Assembly: GCA_038064675.1 (NCBI GenBank)
Contig: JBBTSM010000003.1
Coordinates: 102,663-166,662 of the forward strand
From: Patescibacteria group bacterium
GTDB lineage: Bacteria; Patescibacteriota; Patescibacteriia; UBA9934
DNA length: 64,000 nucleotides
Reading direction: 5' to 3'
Both the position numbers and the translations under genes were made by a program. Each line of letters opens with the position of its first letter. Positions within the stretch are counted from its first letter, which is position 1. The notes under the pieces are model-generated. The model was not told where the DNA came from. It saw nothing but the letters and a program-made list of their open reading frames with translations, and ran no database searches. This document shows, in pieces, positions 37,201 through 44,466 of this stretch.

Positions 37201-37662
37201 TGCGGTATAAGACGCCCCCACTCCACTAAACGCAAAAGCGCCCGTATGGGTCACCGTCTGATTGCCTCCGGTAAAGGTACCCGCTGTTTGTGTATATGCA
37301 CCGGTAAACGTGAGCGCGTCCGTACTTCCATTAAATATCGCCGCTCCTGCAAAAGTGGTGACACCGCTTACCGTAAACGAACGAGCCTGCGTAATTGTTC
37401 CAGTATACCCAGAGTTAATGTTGAATGTCGTCACGCCAGTAGTAAAGCTTGCATCGATGGTGGCGTCCTTTGTGGACGTCGCATCAAAGGTGGCGATATC
37501 GGCCGTTGTTGGTGCCGTATCAAGGGACCAGTTAAAACGATCACTCCAATTATTTGTTGAACCTCCGCCGTCCCATGTTCTCGTGGCGGCCATAGCGGAA
37601 TGAACGGAGACAAAAAAGAACATCCCAAAAACGAGGAATGTCCCGAAGAGATATTTCAGCAT
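28246..37662 (-). CDS. Giant adhesin-like surface protein (~3138 aa): beta-helix-like N-terminal half, 13 Calx-beta-like repeats, poly-Gly linker, shared C-terminal module and a DxDGDG motif
   Basis: Signal peptide MLKYLFGTFLVFGMFFFVSVHSAMA; TWDGGGSTNNWS; G/T/S-rich repeats; TEAG.TATF.IVL..QP...NW..PQT.TV.GV.D repeats. Confidence 0.85.
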   Translation of the reverse strand: MLKYLFGTFLVFGMFFFVSVHSAMAATRTWDGGGSTNNWSDRFNWSLDTAPTTADIATFDATSTKDATIDASFTTGVTTFNINSGYTGTITQARSFTVSGVTTFAGAAIFNGSTDALTFTGAYTQTAGTFTGGNQTVTHTGAFAFSGVGASYTASIGTTIFSSNFTHTAGTGTFSQASGAVNITGGSTRTFDFATSETFNNVTLNKTTATSLTIASGDTMIVTGTSTLTDGNLTTGTWDARGTTSWASTFDGGTGTLLLGGSATVTATLTSGNTAVNLSVTNTSATVNTSGTGTVAVGALTMSAGTFNANTATVTFSGAVALSGGTYNAPTSGSGTTTFSSTFDQSSNGVFVGGINAVTHTGAFTLSGPGATYTATSGTTTFSAGFTHTAGTGTFTHNSGSVRFSGSASTTNVATTETFNNLELAKNGSTLLTVSSGDTLVATGTLTLTNGGFGTGTVEATSTISLNSGWDGGGGILLIDGTNTQNLPLNGGQAALASTVTLNNANFTFSGTGTGTLTFSAVNLQAGTIDATGYAMTFSGAYNQSGGIFTGGSDTVTHSTYTLSSGTYTATSGTTAISTTWTHSGGTYNHGSGTFSSTGGSSTITVVDQDIFYNATFSVTNSNTRTVTGGTLIIAHTFNFSNAGGGALAATLELRGDITGSGSSFPGSRTISLTGTADQVWSIPSGFSGTFTIDKSAGSVTQSTAITVGTFTFTNGTWNTADLGFTPNSTYTHNGGTINFGASSVTLGSVVIAGGTFNATTATMTVNGSWTHTAGGIFNHNNGSVSMNGSNPTINVNFTETFYTLSVNPTSTNTTTISNSDSLIVLGNLSLGGTNGVIAQTTKPAEGTFQLYGNMTVGASIASSAATVGFYGSGTQHFTESSAKALGNFTIDKSGGSLILDSSLDDGNTTTVTVVNGTLDLNGNTINMNASSSKLIINAGGTLKLQGGETITTTGASYPQWDAGSTIYYYGTSGPYTLKNYSGYKNVVIDGTAATTVFTLPATTSIAENLTVSNGILSLAGFGLTVTGTFSNSDTVRLIGSESLSLTQDTDSGAWIYLGDGDAAADTYTLKDFGATDYYNLTIATTDAADIVQSAGAKVIAGTLAISSGTYDANGQTTTSTGLTTVSGGTYTGGSATQTFDAGLTLSGGTYTGSSGTADVNGTLTLTTGTFTAPTLTTISGNFIKGAATFTHNSGTVTFDANANHSITGSPSWNSLTLQDSSDNATDVVLTIEAGSTQTINGTLTLDGLDASDRLNIVSSSPTTASTFDFEGTSSFSGDYLDITDSIVTDNSSGVSAPINPANSVEGTNTTNWFSSTPAGITVSAISGNTTEAGATATFTIVLDTQPASDVVIGISSNDTSEGTVSAASLTFTNANWSTPQTITVTGVNDDLDDGDIAYSIITAAATSADGNYDSLNAADVSVTNTDNDTSGFTVSVISGDTTEAGGTATFTIVLNAQPTASVSIDLSSNDTTEGTVSPSSLTFTTGNWSTPQTVTITGVDDVVIDGNISFSIVTAAAVSDDLLYNAMNPSDVTVVNDDNDVAGVTVSVISGNTTEAGATATATIVLTAQPTADVSVAISSSDSTEGTVSPASVTFTSGNWSVPQTITVTGVNDDLDDGDIAYSIVTAAATSADLNYDGINPANIAVTNTDNDTSGFTLGAISGNTTEAGGTATFTIVLNAQPTASVSVGLTSNDTTEGTVSPSSLTFTTGNWSTPQTVTVTGVDDLIDDGDVVYAIVTAAATSADTNYNGINASDESVTNTDNDTASATASAISGHTSEDEVATATFTVVLTAQPTADVTIPLSSSDATEGSVGVASLTFTSGNWSTPQTVTVTGVNDYLDDGDVSYSALLGAITSADSAYSGLNPADVTIVNDDDDISGFSVGAISGNTTEAGGTATFTIVLNAQPTASVTIDLSSSDATEGTVVASTSFTTGNWNTPKTITISGVDDVIDDGTVAYSIITAAATSSDTNYNGLNPSDVSVSTTDDDTAGITVGTISGNTTEAGGTATFSIVLDTQPTTDVTVGFSSSDTTEGTVQTSKTFTSGNWNTPQTVTVTGVNDDLDDGDIAFTIVTAAASSADSPYNGLNPGDISATNTDDDVSGFTFGAISGDTTEAGGTATFTIVLNAQPTASVTIGLTSSDLTEGTVSPASLTFTTGNWSTPQTVTATGANDSTIDGNIVYAIVTSAATSDDLLYNGINPSDVSVTNTDDDVAAATIGAISGDTTEAGATATFTIVLNTQPTADVTFDISSSATNEGTVLPATVIFTSENWNAPQTITVTGVDDGAVDGPVAYSIVLGAATSADTNYNALDPADVSVINTDNDAVGVSVSPSSGNTTEAGGTATFTVVLNSQPSADVTIPLSSSNEAEGMLSTLSLTFTSGNWSIPQTITMTGMNDVVVDGDVVYAVVLGAMTSTDPAYSELNPTDVSVTNTDNDAASVLVTQSGGASAVTEVGATDTYTLVLSAQPSSDVTVNLTAAAPVATDVSILTFTSGNWNTPQTVTISVTDDVIAQGTHTHSIDHTTYSSDVLFDALVVVSVSVQVADNDVAGITVGAISGNTSEAGATATFTLVLTSEPIADVRIDISSSDATEGTVSASTATFTSVNWNVPQTITVTGIDDVVNDGTVAYNIILATAVSVDAVYAAINPADLSLSNTDNDTPGFTVVQSEDATAVTEGGAQDAYTIVLKSQPTANVSVFMIGDGDVTTSVSQLTFTAENWSTPQAVTVSAVDDSTIEGAEVHSILHVVSSADSTYAALTIEGVPVTVTDNDPVSTGESGGGGGGGGGGGGGTSTSPTISLRKPTANATYGFGAMSVTWVWTGSIPAVNVYLSLDGGATWALQRYFVTNTGSTTITLDQATTTAEVRIEGTDFIQVLARSVSDTFIVSASASTTSNVDPGTIVDDSTASGAAIAEIAARVASLPASVEIHSLVKLSDDSNAESQYDTTVYYVGADGYRHAFPNPHVYDSWFCSEDHVTVLTPSEMASMPIGPNVTYRPGSRLVKFITDPRVYAVDSDGSLRWVLSETDATTIYGSDWNKKVDDIQDVFYRNYHFGAVLTDLAWRAESIYNLVSYPSDVMHVPGYAVTPGLTNACATSEPVTPTIAAPLDSSSTLDSDGDGYTDYIEILNGFDPYTVAPRP
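29355..33710 (-). repeat. 13 tandem ~112-aa (~336 bp) Calx-beta-like repeats within the adhesin
   Basis: Counted in the translation; boundaries approximate. Confidence 0.75.
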
Positions 37663-37763
37663 ATTTTTCACATGGTTGGATGGCCAGATAATACCGGTTT
37701 CGTGGCTGCTCGAATACCACGTTATACACATAAAATTACAGGATCGAGATACACTACTCGCAT

Positions 37764-38375
37764 ATGGCATCATGGAGCCCCCAAGAACGCTCAATCCTTC
37801 GAGCGCTCTCCACCCCGGCGAAAATTCAAGACTTCTTGAACGGCCTTCGATTCCGGATTATCGGCAAGAATGAGACATGCCATTCCCCTCGTCTGGTGAT
37901 GCGGTATCGGGAAGCACAATGCGTTGAAGGTGCGATGTTTGCGGCGGCCGCGCTCCGATTCCACGGCTATCGACCGCTCATCGTCGATCTCGTTTCTACC
38001 GCACAGGACCAAGACCACGTCATCGCGGTCTTCCAGATTAATGGGCACTGGGGAGCGATATCAAAAACAAATCACGGCGTGCTCCGATATCGCGAGCCTA
38101 TTTACCGATCGATTCGCGAGCTCGTGATGAGTTACTTTCACGAATACTTCCTCCAATCGAATCGGAAAAAAACTCTCCGAAGTTTTTCGAAGCCCGTTGA
38201 TCTCACCAGATTTGATCACCAAGGATGGGAAACAAGTGAAGAACCGATTTGGTATATTCCAGAATACCTCTTATCGATTCCCCACTCACCAATTCTGAAC
38301 CGATCCCAAATTGCACGATTACGTCTAGCCGACCCCATCGAGGCGCAGATGACGGAAATCGTGGAGTGGGAATGA
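37764..38375 (+). CDS. Conserved hypothetical protein, transglutaminase/papain-like fold
   Basis: QCVEGAMFAAA..DHVIAVF..WGAISK contains a Cys-His pattern. Confidence 0.6.
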   Translation: MASWSPQERSILRALSTPAKIQDFLNGLRFRIIGKNETCHSPRLVMRYREAQCVEGAMFAAAALRFHGYRPLIVDLVSTAQDQDHVIAVFQINGHWGAISKTNHGVLRYREPIYRSIRELVMSYFHEYFLQSNRKKTLRSFSKPVDLTRFDHQGWETSEEPIWYIPEYLLSIPHSPILNRSQIARLRLADPIEAQMTEIVEWE

Positions 38376-38377
38376 CG

Positions 38378-38487
38378 CCTCCCCCGACCCCTCCATAAAT
38401 GGAGGGGAGAGTATCACTGACATTCGCTCCCCCATTTATGGCGCTCGACGAACCTGAGCTGGGTGAGGAGAGTGAGTTGGAGGGGGC
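38378..38487. repeat. REP-like palindromic intergenic element
   Basis: CCCCTCCATAAATGGAGGGG hairpin plus related CTCCCCCATTTATGG...TTGGAGGGGG. Confidence 0.45.
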
Positions 38488-38529
38488 TTATGTAGCGATC
38501 GCGCATGTTTTTTGCTACACTCGCTCCAT

Positions 38530-38682
38530 ATGGAATGTCCAAATTGTAAACGAGGTATGAAATACGTTCGTAATGGAACCAATACCTATGAAGGCATTCG
38601 ATACGACGAAGAAGTCTATCGTTGTCCGTACTGCTATTCGTACGTTACCGAGAGCATCCCAAAGAAAAAGCCAACGGAATAA
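38530..38682 (+). CDS. Small zinc-ribbon protein (50 aa)
   Basis: Hand-translated MECPNCKRGMKYVRNGTNTYEGIRYDEEVYRCPYCYSYVTESIPKKKPTE*; two CPxC motifs; TACACT upstream; terminator downstream. Confidence 0.7.
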   Translation: MECPNCKRGMKYVRNGTNTYEGIRYDEEVYRCPYCYSYVTESIPKKKPTE

Positions 38683-38683
38683 A

Positions 38684-38714
38684 CAAAACTCCGAGCGCAA
38701 TGCTCGGAGTTTTG
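38684..38714. terminator. Bidirectional terminator
   Basis: CAAAACTCCGAGC-GCAAT-GCTCGGAGTTTTG. Confidence 0.75.
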
Positions 38715-38723
38715 GTTTCGCAT

Positions 38724-39035
38724 TTATGCGATCGACTGAATGGTGATCTTGGTCCAAGGCTGACGATGACCAACGTTGCGGCGGTAACGGGTCTTTGGCT
38801 TGTACTTGATAACCGACACCTTTTCGGCACGACCGTGCTCAGAGATAACTGCGGTGACCTTTGCGTCCTTTACTGTTGGGGTTCCAACTTTGACGGTTGC
38901 GCCGTCATCAGAAGCCACGAGCAATGCGTCAAAGGTCATTGAAGCACCAACCTCAAGGTCGATCTTTTCTACGCTGAGCACCTGGCCCTCGCGGACGATG
39001 TGCTGTTTTCCACCTGCGGTAATGACTGCAAACAT
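38724..39035 (-). CDS. rplU: 50S ribosomal protein L21
   Basis: MFAVITAGGKQH...GHRQPWTKITI. Confidence 0.97.
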   Translation of the reverse strand: MFAVITAGGKQHIVREGQVLSVEKIDLEVGASMTFDALLVASDDGATVKVGTPTVKDAKVTAVISEHGRAEKVSVIKYKPKTRYRRNVGHRQPWTKITIQSIA

Positions 39036-39044
39036 AGAATATAG

Positions 39045-39167
39045 AGAACTTCCTCATTTGGCCTATTTTCGACTCACGTCTTCGCAAACTTGCTCAACGC
39101 ACCATGAAGTACGCCTCGCAAGCTTTGCTCGCCGTTCATCGAAACTAGTCTCAAATGTGAAAGTTCT
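39045..39167. repeat. ~120-bp palindromic GTAC-core element, copy 1
   Basis: Ends are inverted repeats; core GCTCAACGCAC-N6-GTACGCCTCG; highly similar to 43162-43288. Confidence 0.75.
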
Positions 39168-39247
39168 GTTAGATTTGTGCTGCTGAGGCGACGAGGAAAC
39201 CCTCGTGCTTTTTTGCCTATTGCAAGCCAAAATGTGCGAAAAGAGTA

Positions 39248-40291
39248 TCAGGAAGCCTTGGAATCGTCAAGGTATTTCGCTAACAGGCTAATGCCGATAA
39301 TAGCCAAAATTCCAAGAAAACCCAACGCAATCACCTTTTGCCAGCTGGCAAACAGCAGGCTCGTTACCCCAAATGCCAGGGCAAGGAGCGAGTAGAGCAG
39401 CGTAACCTGCCGAGGCGACAGGCCAGCATCGCGAAGCATAAAGTGGAAGTGTCGGCGATCGGCGGTGGTAAACGGGTTCTTCCCTGCTCGCCACCTGCGA
39501 ATCGCGACGAGGCCGACATCAATCGCGGGAATGCCAAGGACGAGAAGTGCCGTGGCCATCTTGCTGCCAGCGATCACAGAGAGAACACCAACCGTGAATC
39601 CAAGAACCGTACTCCCCGATTCTCCAAGGAAGATCTGTGCCGGATGCCAGTTCCAGAGGATGAAGCCCAGAATCGATGCGGAGAAGATCAGAGCAAGAAG
39701 TGCGACATCGGATTGGAAATATGTTGGCGTCAGTGCGAGTGCGGCGATCATGAGTGATCCGACCAATGACACGCTCGATGCCAAGCCATCAACCCCGTCG
39801 AGGAGCTTCGTCGTCATCGTCATCGCAAGAATCCACACGAATGCAACAACCGACGCTACAATCGGCGCGAGTACGATGACCCCACCAAACGGATTCGTCA
39901 TCTTTGCAACGTTGATGCCGCCGAGGACTGCGACAAGGGATGCGAGGACGAACAGCATCATGGAATACTTCGCCGATATCGCGAATCGATCATCAACAAC
40001 ACCGCCGATCGTGAGGATCGCGATTCCGATGAAAAATCCAATGAAGTGATGGACGCCAATCGCGCCACTCGTGAGCTCGGTCGATGAAAGAAGAACGCCG
40101 ATCGTCACCATCGAAAAACTCGCAACGATCGCGAGGCCGCCAAGAAGTGGTGTTGGTTCGCGATGCAATTTTCTGCCACCGTCTGGAGAATCGATCACGC
40201 CGAAGCGCAATGCCAATAATCGAACGACCGGCGTGAGCCAAGCCGAGATCAGGAATGCGAGAGCGATGGGAATTGGCCACCAAGAAACCAT
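39248..40291 (-). CDS. MraY/WecA (glycosyltransferase family 4) undecaprenyl-phosphate sugar-phosphate transferase
   Basis: RKLHREPTPLLGG, GVVDD, LDGVDGL, NWHPAQIFLGESG, ADRRHFH; multiple TM segments. Confidence 0.9.
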   Translation of the reverse strand: MVSWWPIPIALAFLISAWLTPVVRLLALRFGVIDSPDGGRKLHREPTPLLGGLAIVASFSMVTIGVLLSSTELTSGAIGVHHFIGFFIGIAILTIGGVVDDRFAISAKYSMMLFVLASLVAVLGGINVAKMTNPFGGVIVLAPIVASVVAFVWILAMTMTTKLLDGVDGLASSVSLVGSLMIAALALTPTYFQSDVALLALIFSASILGFILWNWHPAQIFLGESGSTVLGFTVGVLSVIAGSKMATALLVLGIPAIDVGLVAIRRWRAGKNPFTTADRRHFHFMLRDAGLSPRQVTLLYSLLALAFGVTSLLFASWQKVIALGFLGILAIIGISLLAKYLDDSKAS

Positions 40292-40309
40292 ATGCGGCCA
40301 GAGTAACGA

Positions 40310-41713
40310 TTAGGACGGCATCAGTCCAGGAATCGCCTCACTCATCGTCGGATATGCGTGAATCATCGATTGAACGGTATCGATCGTAAGTCCAGCGAAC
40401 ATTGCCAACGCAAGCTCGTGAATCACTTCGCCGGATCGATCACCGAGCATCGATGCGCCGAGGATGAGATATGACCTCTTCTCGACGAAGACTTTGAGCA
40501 ACCCAATTCGTTCGCTTTCGATAACAGCGCGACCAAGCGCGCCGACTGGAAATTTCCAGACGGTAAACGATTTCTTTTTTGCGACGAGCTCATCTGGCAT
40601 TGCACCAACCGATGCAAGTTCTGGCGCAACGAATGTTACTCGAGGAACAACGGCAAGATCGACACTCGCGAATTTCTTCTTTCCCTGCGCGAGGAGCGCT
40701 GCGTTCTTTCCGGCAATCGCTCCTTCGTGATGCGCGGTGTGGGTGTATGCCGGCAAACCAGAAACATCTCCAGCAAGAAATATCGCCTGGCCTTTTATGC
40801 GCATCGCGGAATCGATTAGCATCCTGCCCGTCGCATTACGCTTCACGCCGGCATTCTCGAGACCGAGCGATTCAACATTCGGTACACGTCCAGAAGCGAT
40901 GAGAAGCCTTTCGACACGAACAGTTTTTCGTGGTTCAGACTTCGTTTGAAATGTGATACGGATCTGACGACCAGTTTTTGCCACACCAAGCACACGCGTG
41001 TCGCCGTGAAATGTTACGCCGCGATGCATGAGTGTTTTTGCTGCGAGCGCAGCCGTCTCTGCGTCTTCGCGAGGAAGCAAACGATCAGCGATATCGAAAA
41101 CAATGACGGGAATACCAAGCAACGAAAAGAATGTCGCGAACTCGCAACCGATTGGGCCGCTACCGAGAATCGCAATCGATTCTGGCAACTCAGTGATTGA
41201 TGTTGCTTCGCGTGGCGTCCAGTAGTCGACCGAATCAATCCCGGCGATTGGCGGAATCTTTGGCACCGATCCTGTGGCGATAACAAAAGATTTCGCACTA
41301 ATGATGTGCGTGCCGACACGAATCGATTCGTCGTCGATGAAGCTCGCGGCGCCACGGAAGATTGTTACTTTTTCCTTTTCAAGAATCTTCTCCAATCGTC
41401 GGCCGCCAGTCATCGCGTTCACCACGGCGTCTTTACGCTCCATCATCGCTGGAAGATTGAACGTTAACCGCTTCACGTCGATTCCAAATCGCGCACCGTT
41501 TCGTCGAATGTCGTCGTATCGAACCGCCGCAGCGAGCATCGATTTCGTTGGAACACACGCGTAGTTTGGACATTCGCCACCGAGTTTATCGGATGACACA
41601 ATCGCAACGCTCGCGCCTTCTTGTCGCGCAGCAAATGCCGCAGAAAGCCCCGCAGAGCCTCCGCCGATAACGACAACATCGAATCCGGTTTTATGAGCTG
41701 GGGTTTTAGGCAT
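40310..41713 (-). CDS. Class I pyridine nucleotide-disulfide oxidoreductase (dihydrolipoamide dehydrogenase/MerA-like)
   Basis: GGGSAG, GGECPNYACVPTK, GSGPIGCE, HAYPTMSE; no C-terminal CC of MerA. Confidence 0.9.
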   Translation of the reverse strand: MPKTPAHKTGFDVVVIGGGSAGLSAAFAARQEGASVAIVSSDKLGGECPNYACVPTKSMLAAAVRYDDIRRNGARFGIDVKRLTFNLPAMMERKDAVVNAMTGGRRLEKILEKEKVTIFRGAASFIDDESIRVGTHIISAKSFVIATGSVPKIPPIAGIDSVDYWTPREATSITELPESIAILGSGPIGCEFATFFSLLGIPVIVFDIADRLLPREDAETAALAAKTLMHRGVTFHGDTRVLGVAKTGRQIRITFQTKSEPRKTVRVERLLIASGRVPNVESLGLENAGVKRNATGRMLIDSAMRIKGQAIFLAGDVSGLPAYTHTAHHEGAIAGKNAALLAQGKKKFASVDLAVVPRVTFVAPELASVGAMPDELVAKKKSFTVWKFPVGALGRAVIESERIGLLKVFVEKRSYLILGASMLGDRSGEVIHELALAMFAGLTIDTVQSMIHAYPTMSEAIPGLMPS

Positions 41714-41807
41714 AATAAAACGGTTGAGGCGGTCAAAATGGTTAATCGGGATTACCCTTGGTTAAGGGAATGACCATTTGACCAAGCGTAGCGATTGACC
41801 GCGCCCA

Positions 41808-43157
41808 TTACACAACAAGCGGTAAATCGCGCCACACCTTTTCGTCGCCGCGCAGTAACGATTCCACGCGATACGCTCCATGTGTTGGGGCATTCGTAAA
41901 TCCGCTCCACGCCATACGCGCGAGCGCCCCGCTCTCGATCCAATCGAATAACCACTCATTCATATACTGCGGCGCAAGACCATCAGCGCCTCCCCCAACG
42001 TACGTCAGCCACGCGCGATTAAAGTCTTCTTGGCTTCCAACCGTTGGCGCCATGATGATTGGAATTGCTAAGCCGGTGTAGAACGAAAGCTCGGACGGCT
42101 TCGTCCAAAGAATATCCGTCTTGCGCATCAATTTTGAAAACGCAGAAAAATACGCGGGACGATTGTCTTCAAAAAGAATGGTAACTTTTCCTGCACGCTT
42201 TGCACTTACCAATCCATCCAAACGAATCTCGCGTTCAAAGAATTCGTTCACTTCCGGTCGCGTTCCCGCAACAAGGTTCACGATGATTCGTCCAGCACGA
42301 ATATCCCCAGCTAACGATCGAAGCGCGAGAGCCACGACCTCGCGCTGCGTGCCCGCACCGCCAACCGCAAACGTAATCGATGGCGTGGTCGGTTTCACCG
42401 CACAAAACTGTTTTCCGAATGTTGCGTCGAGAAGTGAATGTGCTTTAGCAACAAAATTTCCATGCGGATCAAGATTGCACATGCGTCGTTGTAAATCCGC
42501 GCGCACATATTCTGGAACGTGCGGGCCACCAACCGTTTCAAATGGCAACGGGAATCCTGTCAGCGTAATGTTCTTTTCTTTCACGCCGTACAACTTCAAT
42601 CGCTCAACGACTCGTCCGGTTGGTGCCAAGTATTTGATTCTGCTCTTCTTCGGATTAAGGGGCACCCAAGCTCTTGCGATATCTGCATCACAAAGCACGA
42701 TGTAAATATCCTCAGGATAATCGAACTCCTCTGCGGCAAATGCGGGAGTGAAGAATGTAGAAACAATCGGCAGCGGCCGTTCCTTGAATCGTTCGATGAG
42801 ATCGCGACACATCCCTTGCCGACGAATCAGTGCGTACGTTTGCCGAACCTGCAGGCTTGGTTTCGAAAGATCACGACGCGGATAAAACTCCGGAATACGC
42901 TGCATCTTATCCATGATGCCGAATGCCGTCGTCCCGAGGATTGGGACGTTCTTAAATCGTGAAACAAATTCGTAAAAACTCTTCCCCGTTTCCCAAAGCC
43001 TTCGCTCATGCGCCGGAATGCCAGGATAATCATTTGCCACCGTTACTTGCCCACCAGGAGCAAGGTGCCGCAACGCAAACGCGGCCCGCTCGTGGCCATA
43101 ACCCATATTGACCGCAACAACGTGCGCCAATGCTTTCCCCCTTATTTTCTCCTCCAT
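41808..43157 (-). CDS. GT-B glycosyltransferase-like protein (MGDG synthase-like)
   Basis: MGYGHERAA, DILWTKPSE, GSQEDFN. Confidence 0.65.
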   Translation of the reverse strand: MEEKIRGKALAHVVAVNMGYGHERAAFALRHLAPGGQVTVANDYPGIPAHERRLWETGKSFYEFVSRFKNVPILGTTAFGIMDKMQRIPEFYPRRDLSKPSLQVRQTYALIRRQGMCRDLIERFKERPLPIVSTFFTPAFAAEEFDYPEDIYIVLCDADIARAWVPLNPKKSRIKYLAPTGRVVERLKLYGVKEKNITLTGFPLPFETVGGPHVPEYVRADLQRRMCNLDPHGNFVAKAHSLLDATFGKQFCAVKPTTPSITFAVGGAGTQREVVALALRSLAGDIRAGRIIVNLVAGTRPEVNEFFEREIRLDGLVSAKRAGKVTILFEDNRPAYFSAFSKLMRKTDILWTKPSELSFYTGLAIPIIMAPTVGSQEDFNRAWLTYVGGGADGLAPQYMNEWLFDWIESGALARMAWSGFTNAPTHGAYRVESLLRGDEKVWRDLPLVV

Positions 43158-43161
43158 ACGC

Positions 43162-43288
43162 TTAGGGCTTCCTCATTTGGTCTATTTTCGACTCACTTCG
43201 TCGCAAAATCGCTCAACGTACCATAAAGTACGCCTCGCGATCTTTGCTCCTCGTTCATCGAAACTAGCCTCAAATGAGAAACCCCTAA
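43162..43288. repeat. ~120-bp palindromic GTAC-core element, copy 2
   Basis: Core GCTCAACGTACCATAAAGTACGCCTCG; ends TTAGGG..CCCTAA. Confidence 0.75.
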
Positions 43289-43353
43289 TTTGAATAAATC
43301 ATATCATAAATCGAAGACCGCTCTCAGTGTTGAAAGCGGTCTTTTTTTCTTTT

Positions 43354-43764
43354 CTATGCAAGTTTTCGTTCCAGTCGCGTTACCCGAGCATTTAACGTGT
43401 TGAACTGCGGCTGAATATTATCTTCAATAATGTCGATGATCTCATCACGCATATTGGAAAATCCTTTTTCCATTGTGGCTATAAGCTCTCCGCGAACCCG
43501 ATCAATTTTCTGATCGAGTCCCATGTGGACGCTGTCCATCTTCTGATTGAGTGACTCGTAAACGCCGTCGATCTTTTTATCAAGAGATTCGTAAACGGAA
43601 TCAATCTTCTGATCCAGCCCCTCGCGAACGCCGTCGATCTTCTGATCGAGAGCCCCATGGACACCATCGATCTTCTGATCGAGAGCGTTAAATCGCTTCT
43701 CGAACTTCTCATCCTGCACTGAAAACATTTCTCGTAACACCTGAATATCACTGGCATCAAGCAT
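43354..43764 (-). CDS. Coiled-coil protein with tandem 11-aa (33-bp) repeats
   Basis: LDQKIDGVHGA, LDQKIDGVREG, LDQKIDSVYES, LDKKIDGVYES, LNQKMDSVHMG, LDQKIDRVRGE. Confidence 0.75.
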   Translation of the reverse strand: MLDASDIQVLREMFSVQDEKFEKRFNALDQKIDGVHGALDQKIDGVREGLDQKIDSVYESLDKKIDGVYESLNQKMDSVHMGLDQKIDRVRGELIATMEKGFSNMRDEIIDIIEDNIQPQFNTLNARVTRLERKLA

Positions 43765-43950
43765 AAATTTTGATGCTACACGAGCCTCCGCCGCCTTCCC
43801 TCGCGCGCGTGTCGTGAGAATAAATTCCAGTCACCAGGGAATGATTTTATATTAGCACAATTTCTCCGCCGAACCAACGACGAATATTTGCCCTAAAAGT
43901 CGAAAAGCGCCTCCCTGCGTGGAGGCGCCCTCGTGGATCCGTGATGGGGA

Positions 43951-44466
43951 TCAGTCGATGTACGTGACGGTGTTGTGTCGCGCGTACGTGATGCCGATGC
44001 CGGCACCGACCTGGTTGGTGAAGTACCGCACATCGTGGTACTCAGCTCCCCCAACCCCGAAAGTACCGTAAGGCACCAGGATGAAATCGGACGAGAGCTG
44101 GAAGCGCGGCCCGACCTTGAGCTCAACCAGAGCCCGCGTGTCGGTAAGGTCACCGAACACCTCGCTCTCGAAACGGGCGGAGATCCGCATATCGATACGG
44201 TCGGCCTCGATCCCGAGGCCGAGAAGCACCGCCGCGCCGAAGGAATCACCCTTCGCCAGCGTCAGCCCGTACCCGACGATCGGAGCAACGATGAGTCCGC
44301 TACCCGTCTGGAACTCGACGCCGCCGGTCACGAGGACCTCCCACGCGGGAAGAAACTCGCGGCCCTTGGGTGCGGAGAGACTGAGGAAATCACGCATCTG
44401 GACGCCAGTTTCGACGCCGGCCGCGAGGCTTGCAGCAGAGGCAAAGGACGAAAGAAGAAGCAACAT
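43951..44466 (-). CDS. Secreted beta-strand-rich hypothetical protein (beta-barrel-like)
   Basis: Signal-like N-terminus, alternating hydrophobic/Gly strands, GGAG Shine-Dalgarno, GC-rich codons. Confidence 0.55.
   Translation of the reverse strand: MLLLLSSFASAASLAAGVETGVQMRDFLSLSAPKGREFLPAWEVLVTGGVEFQTGSGLIVAPIVGYGLTLAKGDSFGAAVLLGLGIEADRIDMRISARFESEVFGDLTDTRALVELKVGPRFQLSSDFILVPYGTFGVGGAEYHDVRYFTNQVGAGIGITYARHNTVTYID

Noticed and set aside
29120-37603. Many + strand ORFs of 60-330 aa over the giant adhesin (and over 13740-19064)
   Set aside because: Antisense shadows of Thr/Ser/Gly/Val-rich repeat coding sequence, without motifs of their own.
38515-38757. 80-aa minus-strand ORF in the track
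   Set aside because: The + strand 50-aa CPxC ORF has a promoter, a terminator and a motif, so it is the better call.
40310-41713. Mercuric reductase MerA
   Set aside because: No C-terminal Cys-Cys and no mer genes nearby; kept as a generic disulfide oxidoreductase.
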